From contig DAIENX010000022.1 of NCBI GenBank assembly GCA_027340875.1, positions 1-45,974 of the forward strand: 45,974 nt of DNA, in the 5' to 3' direction. A model generated the notes under the pieces. It did not search any database and had not been told where the DNA came from. It saw nothing but the letters and a program-made list of their open reading frames with translations. Below, in pieces: positions 42,937-45,974 of this stretch; position 1 is the first letter of the stretch, and every line of letters starts with the position of its first letter. A program made the position numbers and the translations under genes. The DNA is from Elusimicrobiota bacterium. GTDB taxonomy: Bacteria > Elusimicrobiota > Elusimicrobia > Elusimicrobiales > UBA9959.

Positions 42937-43958
42937 AGTTCCACCTTCGCGCCCTCCAGGCGCCTAAGTTCGGCGTCCACCATTATGGGCGCCAGGTCCC
43001 CAAATTTAGTCTTAGCTTCCCAGCCCAGCACCCGGCGGGCCTTTGAGGCGTCGCCCACCAGTTCCTTCACGTCGGCCGGGCGGTAGAATTCCTTAGAGAC
43101 CTCCACGCGCACCTTGCCGGCGGCGTCCACGCCCTTCTCGTCCAGGCCCTTCCCCTTCCATTCCAGCGGCAGGCCCGCCGCCGCGAAGGCCCGGGAGATA
43201 AATTCCCTCACCGGGTGCACCTCGCCGGTGGCGAGTATATAATCGTCGGGCTTCTCCTGCTGGAGTATGCGCCACATGCCCTCCACGTATTCCCGGGCGT
43301 AGCCCCAGTCGCGCAGGGCGTCCAGATTGCCCACGGCCACCTTCTCTTGGAGGCCCTTCTTTATGCGCGCGGCGGCCGCGGCTATCTTGCGCGTGACGAA
43401 CTCCTCCCCGCGCAGCGGGCTCTCGTGGTTGAACAGTATGCCGTTGCAGGCGTAAAGGCCCTGCGCCTGGCGGAAGTTCACGGTTATCCAGTGGGCGTAG
43501 AGCTTGCTGACGGCGTAGGGGCTCTTGGGGTAGAAATCGGTGGTCTCGTTCTTCTGCGCGCTGCCGGTGCTGCCGAACAGCTCGGCGGTGCTGGCCTGGA
43601 AGAACCTGGCCTTCGGCGCCGTCTTGCGCACGGCCTCCAGCAGACGGGCCACGCCCACCGCGTTCACCTCGGCCGTCAGCACCGGCTGGGAGAACGACAT
43701 CAGCACGAAGCTCTGCGCCGCGAAGTTATAGATCTCGTCGGGCTGGGCCTTCTCCAGCGCGTCCATTATGCTGCCCTGCTCCAGCAGGTCGAGCGGCAGG
43801 TCCTTTACCTTGCCCTCTATGCCCAGCTCGCGCAGGCGCCAGAGCCCGGCGTCGCCGGCGCGGTCGGCGCCGTACACCTCGTAGCCTTTCTCGAGCAGCA
43901 GGCGGGAGAGGTACGCCCCGTCCTGGCCGCGGTAGCCCGTTATCAGCGCTTTCTTCAT
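42933..43958 (-). CDS. gmd: GDP-mannose 4,6-dehydratase (paralogue 2)
   Basis: [61 protein letters not shown]. Confidence 0.9.
   Translation of the reverse strand: MKKALITGYRGQDGAYLSRLLLEKGYEVYGADRAGDAGLWRLRELGIEGKVKDLPLDLLEQGSIMDALEKAQPDEIYNFAAQSFVLMSFSQPVLTAEVNAVGVARLLEAVRKTAPKARFFQASTAELFGSTGSAQKNETTDFYPKSPYAVSKLYAHWITVNFRQAQGLYACNGILFNHESPLRGEEFVTRKIAAAAARIKKGLQEKVAVGNLDALRDWGYAREYVEGMWRILQQEKPDDYILATGEVHPVREFISRAFAAAGLPLEWKGKGLDEKGVDAAGKVRVEVSKEFYRPADVKELVGDASKARRVLGWEAKTKFGDLAPIMVDAELRRLEGAKVEL
43408..43447. repeat. 40-bp perfect direct repeat, copy 1 (inside gmd paralogue 2)
   Basis: ccgcgcagcgggctctcgtggttgaacagtatgccgttgc is identical to 45234-45273. Confidence 0.9.
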
Positions 43959-44107
43959 TTCAAGCTATCCGGGTCGACGTTCACCGCCTTCCCGTCCTTC
44001 CAGATCGCTATCGGCCGGCCCTTCTTCCTGTGCTCGGCTATGGCCTTCTTCACCGCCACCTTCATGGCGATCTCGGCCTTGTCCTGCATCGAAAGTCGTT
44101 TTTTCAT
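43955..44107 (-). CDS. 50-aa basic protein, putative partner/antitoxin of the adjacent ATPase (missing from the ORF track)
   Basis: Manual translation MKKRLSMQDKAEIAMKVAVKKAIAEHRKKGRPIAIWKDGKAVNVDPDSLK*. ATGA overlaps with both neighbours; host-like codon usage. Confidence 0.8.
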   Translation of the reverse strand: MKKRLSMQDKAEIAMKVAVKKAIAEHRKKGRPIAIWKDGKAVNVDPDSLK

Positions 44108-44685
44108 AGTTTGTTCTTGGGGACTATATGGTCAAAAAGCTTCTGGTTCTCCACGGTAACGCTGTCGCCGTGGCCTTTAGCGGCCAGCACCGGCCTGGGG
44201 CCGGAGTTGTCGAACAGCATCCAGCTGGAGGCTACGTTCACGTAGACGCCGAAGAAATTGATGATGGACCGGTCGAAACGCCGCCCCACGTCGGAGACCG
44301 GCACGTCGTGGCCGCCGTCGGCCACCCGGTTCTTGATGCGCAGGAGCGACAGCGCGGGCGCCGGCACCCAGAGGAAATAGATATGCACCTTGTAGCCTTC
44401 CGCCTCCAGGCGGCGGAACAGCCTGCGGTGGGTCTTGCCGGACAGCGTGGTCTCGAAGCCGAAGTCCGCGCCCGTCCGGGAGAACTCGTGTATACGGCTC
44501 AGCACCAGGCGCCCCGCCCTTATGGCGGCCGCCGTCGGGTCGAACGGCGAGAGGCCCTGCGCTATCAGGTCCGCGTTGACGAAGTTGGGACACTTGGCGT
44601 AGTTGGGCAGGAACTCCCTGGCGAAAGTGGTCTTGCCGGACCCGTTGGGCCCGGCCACCACGTAGACGTTGCGTGCGGGAGCCAT
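44104..44685 (-). CDS. Zeta-toxin-like / COG4185 P-loop kinase-ATPase
   Basis: AGPNGSGKTT, FVNADLIAQGLSPF, FETTLSG, RVADGGHDVP, FDNSG. Confidence 0.88.
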   Translation of the reverse strand: MAPARNVYVVAGPNGSGKTTFAREFLPNYAKCPNFVNADLIAQGLSPFDPTAAAIRAGRLVLSRIHEFSRTGADFGFETTLSGKTHRRLFRRLEAEGYKVHIYFLWVPAPALSLLRIKNRVADGGHDVPVSDVGRRFDRSIINFFGVYVNVASSWMLFDNSGPRPVLAAKGHGDSVTVENQKLFDHIVPKNKL

Positions 44686-44689
44686 CCGG

Positions 44690-45793
44690 TCAGCAGCTCT
44701 TTATCCCGGCGAAGCCGCTCTTCTTGAGCAGGTGCTCGCTCTGGGCCAGCCTCAGGTCGCTGGCGGCCATCTCGCGCACCAGCTGCTCAAAAGTGGTCTC
44801 CGGCTTCCAGCCCAGCACCTTGCGGGACTTGGCGGGATCGCCCAGCAGGGTCTCCACCTCGGCCGGACGGTAGAACTTCGTGTCGACGCGCACTATCACG
44901 TCGCCCGTCTTTACTTTGGTCTCCATTCCCGGCAGCGGCCTCACCGCCTTCACGAAGCCGGTCTCTTTGACGCCCTTGCCCTTCCAGCCCACGGCGATGC
45001 CCACTTCCTTGGCGGCCAGCTCTATGAACTTCCTTACCGAATGCTGGCGGCCAGTGGCTATAACGAAATCGTCCGCCTTCCTGACCTGCAGTATCTTCCA
45101 CATCGCCTTCACGTAGTCGCGGGCGTGGCCCCAGTCGCGCAGGGCGTTCATGTTGCCCATGTACAGGCATTTCTGGTCGCCCAGCACTATGCGGCCCAGC
45201 GCGCGGGTTATCTTGCGGGTCACGAACTCGTCGCCGCGCAGCGGGCTCTCGTGGTTGAACAGTATGCCGTTGCTGGCGAACATGCCGTAGGATTCGCGGT
45301 AGTTGCGGGTTATCCAAAGGCCGTAGAGCTTGGCCACGCCGTAGGGGCTGCGCGGGTAGAACGGGGTGGTCTCCTTCTGCGGTATCTCGACCACCTTGCC
45401 GAACAGCTCCGACGTGGAGGCCTGGTAGATGCGGGTCTTCTTCGCCAGCCCCAGCAGCCTGACGGCCTCGAGTATGCGCATCGTGCCAAGCGCGTCGCAA
45501 TCGGCCGTGTACTCCGGCTCCTCGAAGCTTACCGCCACGTGGCTCTGCGCGCCCAGGTTGTAGATCTCGTCGGGCTTTATCTCCGCTATCAGGCGGGTGA
45601 GGTTGGTGGAGTCGGTCAGGTCGCCGAAGTGCAGCTTCAGCCGCGGGTGCTTTATCAGATGTGAGATGCGGGCCATGTTGAACGAGGCCGCGCGCCTGCG
45701 TATGCCGTGCACCTCGTAGCCCTTCTCCAGAAGGAATTCTGAAAGATAGGAACCGTCCTGACCAGTGATGCCCGTGATTAGCGCTTTTTTCAT
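44690..45793 (-). CDS. gmd: GDP-mannose 4,6-dehydratase (paralogue 1)
   Basis: [68 protein letters not shown]. Confidence 0.96.
   Translation of the reverse strand: MKKALITGITGQDGSYLSEFLLEKGYEVHGIRRRAASFNMARISHLIKHPRLKLHFGDLTDSTNLTRLIAEIKPDEIYNLGAQSHVAVSFEEPEYTADCDALGTMRILEAVRLLGLAKKTRIYQASTSELFGKVVEIPQKETTPFYPRSPYGVAKLYGLWITRNYRESYGMFASNGILFNHESPLRGDEFVTRKITRALGRIVLGDQKCLYMGNMNALRDWGHARDYVKAMWKILQVRKADDFVIATGRQHSVRKFIELAAKEVGIAVGWKGKGVKETGFVKAVRPLPGMETKVKTGDVIVRVDTKFYRPAEVETLLGDPAKSRKVLGWKPETTFEQLVREMAASDLRLAQSEHLLKKSGFAGIKSC
45234..45273. repeat. 40-bp perfect direct repeat, copy 2 (inside gmd paralogue 1)
   Basis: Identical to 43408-43447; encodes the conserved [12 protein letters not shown] segment. 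Confidence 0.9.
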
Positions 45794-45853
45794 GTAGCCC
45801 GCCCTTCGAGATAAATAGCGACCCGGCCGGCTTCCCGGCCGAATATTATCTAT

Positions 45854-45862
45854 ATTATAGCA
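45854..45862 (-). promoter_or_regulatory. Consensus extended -10 promoter (TGcTATAAT) at the head of the glycan operon
   Basis: TGCTATAAT on the minus strand about 60 nt upstream of the gmd ATG, followed by leader hairpin CGGCCGG-GAAG-CCGGCCG (45841-45824). Confidence 0.65.
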
Positions 45863-45974
45863 AGTTAGGGGGTTTTGCTGTCAGGAGGGCAAGTGACCGG
45901 GCGGCAGGGCGGGTCCTGTCGGCGGTTCGTCTCGTCAGGCACGGGGTCTCGCACTGGGCCATGCCCGTGCCGCA

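Noticed and set aside
627..45664. Many long plus-strand ORFs in the track (e.g. 627-2012, 2235-3452, 8977-10344, 14886-16802, 34011-35849, 37257-38945, 44669-45664)
   Set aside because: They are antisense shadows of well-supported minus-strand genes, expected with high GC3 codon bias, and show no recognisable motifs.
45794..45974. JUMPstart/ops (RfaH) element ahead of the long glycan operon
   Set aside because: No GGCGGTAG-type ops sequence was found in the leader, only a short GC hairpin.
1..45974. CRISPR array, tRNA/rRNA, IS/transposase, integron or diversity-generating retroelement
   Set aside because: No regularly spaced repeats, RNA-gene signatures, transposase/integrase or reverse transcriptase ORFs were seen by eye. 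A covariance-model scan was not run.

Overview
Bacterial chromosomal window with high GC. Almost every gene is on the minus strand. The pilin style, the PorV plus CTD-like pair and the fibre-repeat protein suggest Elusimicrobiota, which is an inference and was not verified. Three blocks are visible. (1) 1-3140: gap, then a COG2403 P-loop enzyme (usually labelled cyclic 2,3-diphosphoglycerate synthetase/GTPase; arginine-synthetase-like), then pgk (truncated by the window edge). (2) 3324-8886: a lower-GC five-gene cassette with an orphan OmpR-type regulator, a secreted protein that is essentially only a T9SS-like C-terminal sorting domain, a PorV/PorQ-family beta-barrel, a Spy/CpxP-like helical-repeat protein and an ~850-aa fibre/adhesin-like protein. 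(3) 8929-45793: a ~37 kb surface-glycan locus with UDP-GlcA/UDP-Xyl, UDP-6-deoxy-L-HexNAc, CDP-3,6-dideoxyhexose and GDP-fucose pathways, about 10 glycosyltransferases, Wzx, Wzy, a PglK-like ABC flippase and a divergent WaaL/O-OTase-like gene. Most unusual observations: a GT4 glycosyltransferase fused in-frame to a complete but non-cleavable-looking type IV pilin domain; the CTD-only/PorV/fibre cassette; a zeta-toxin-like ATPase plus 50-aa partner between two gmd paralogues; an outer-membrane protein gene with an amber stop exactly at its signal-peptide cleavage site; and a ferredoxin-less E3-like reductase. No rRNA, tRNA, CRISPR array or transposase was seen. All family assignments come from motif recognition by eye; no searches were run.
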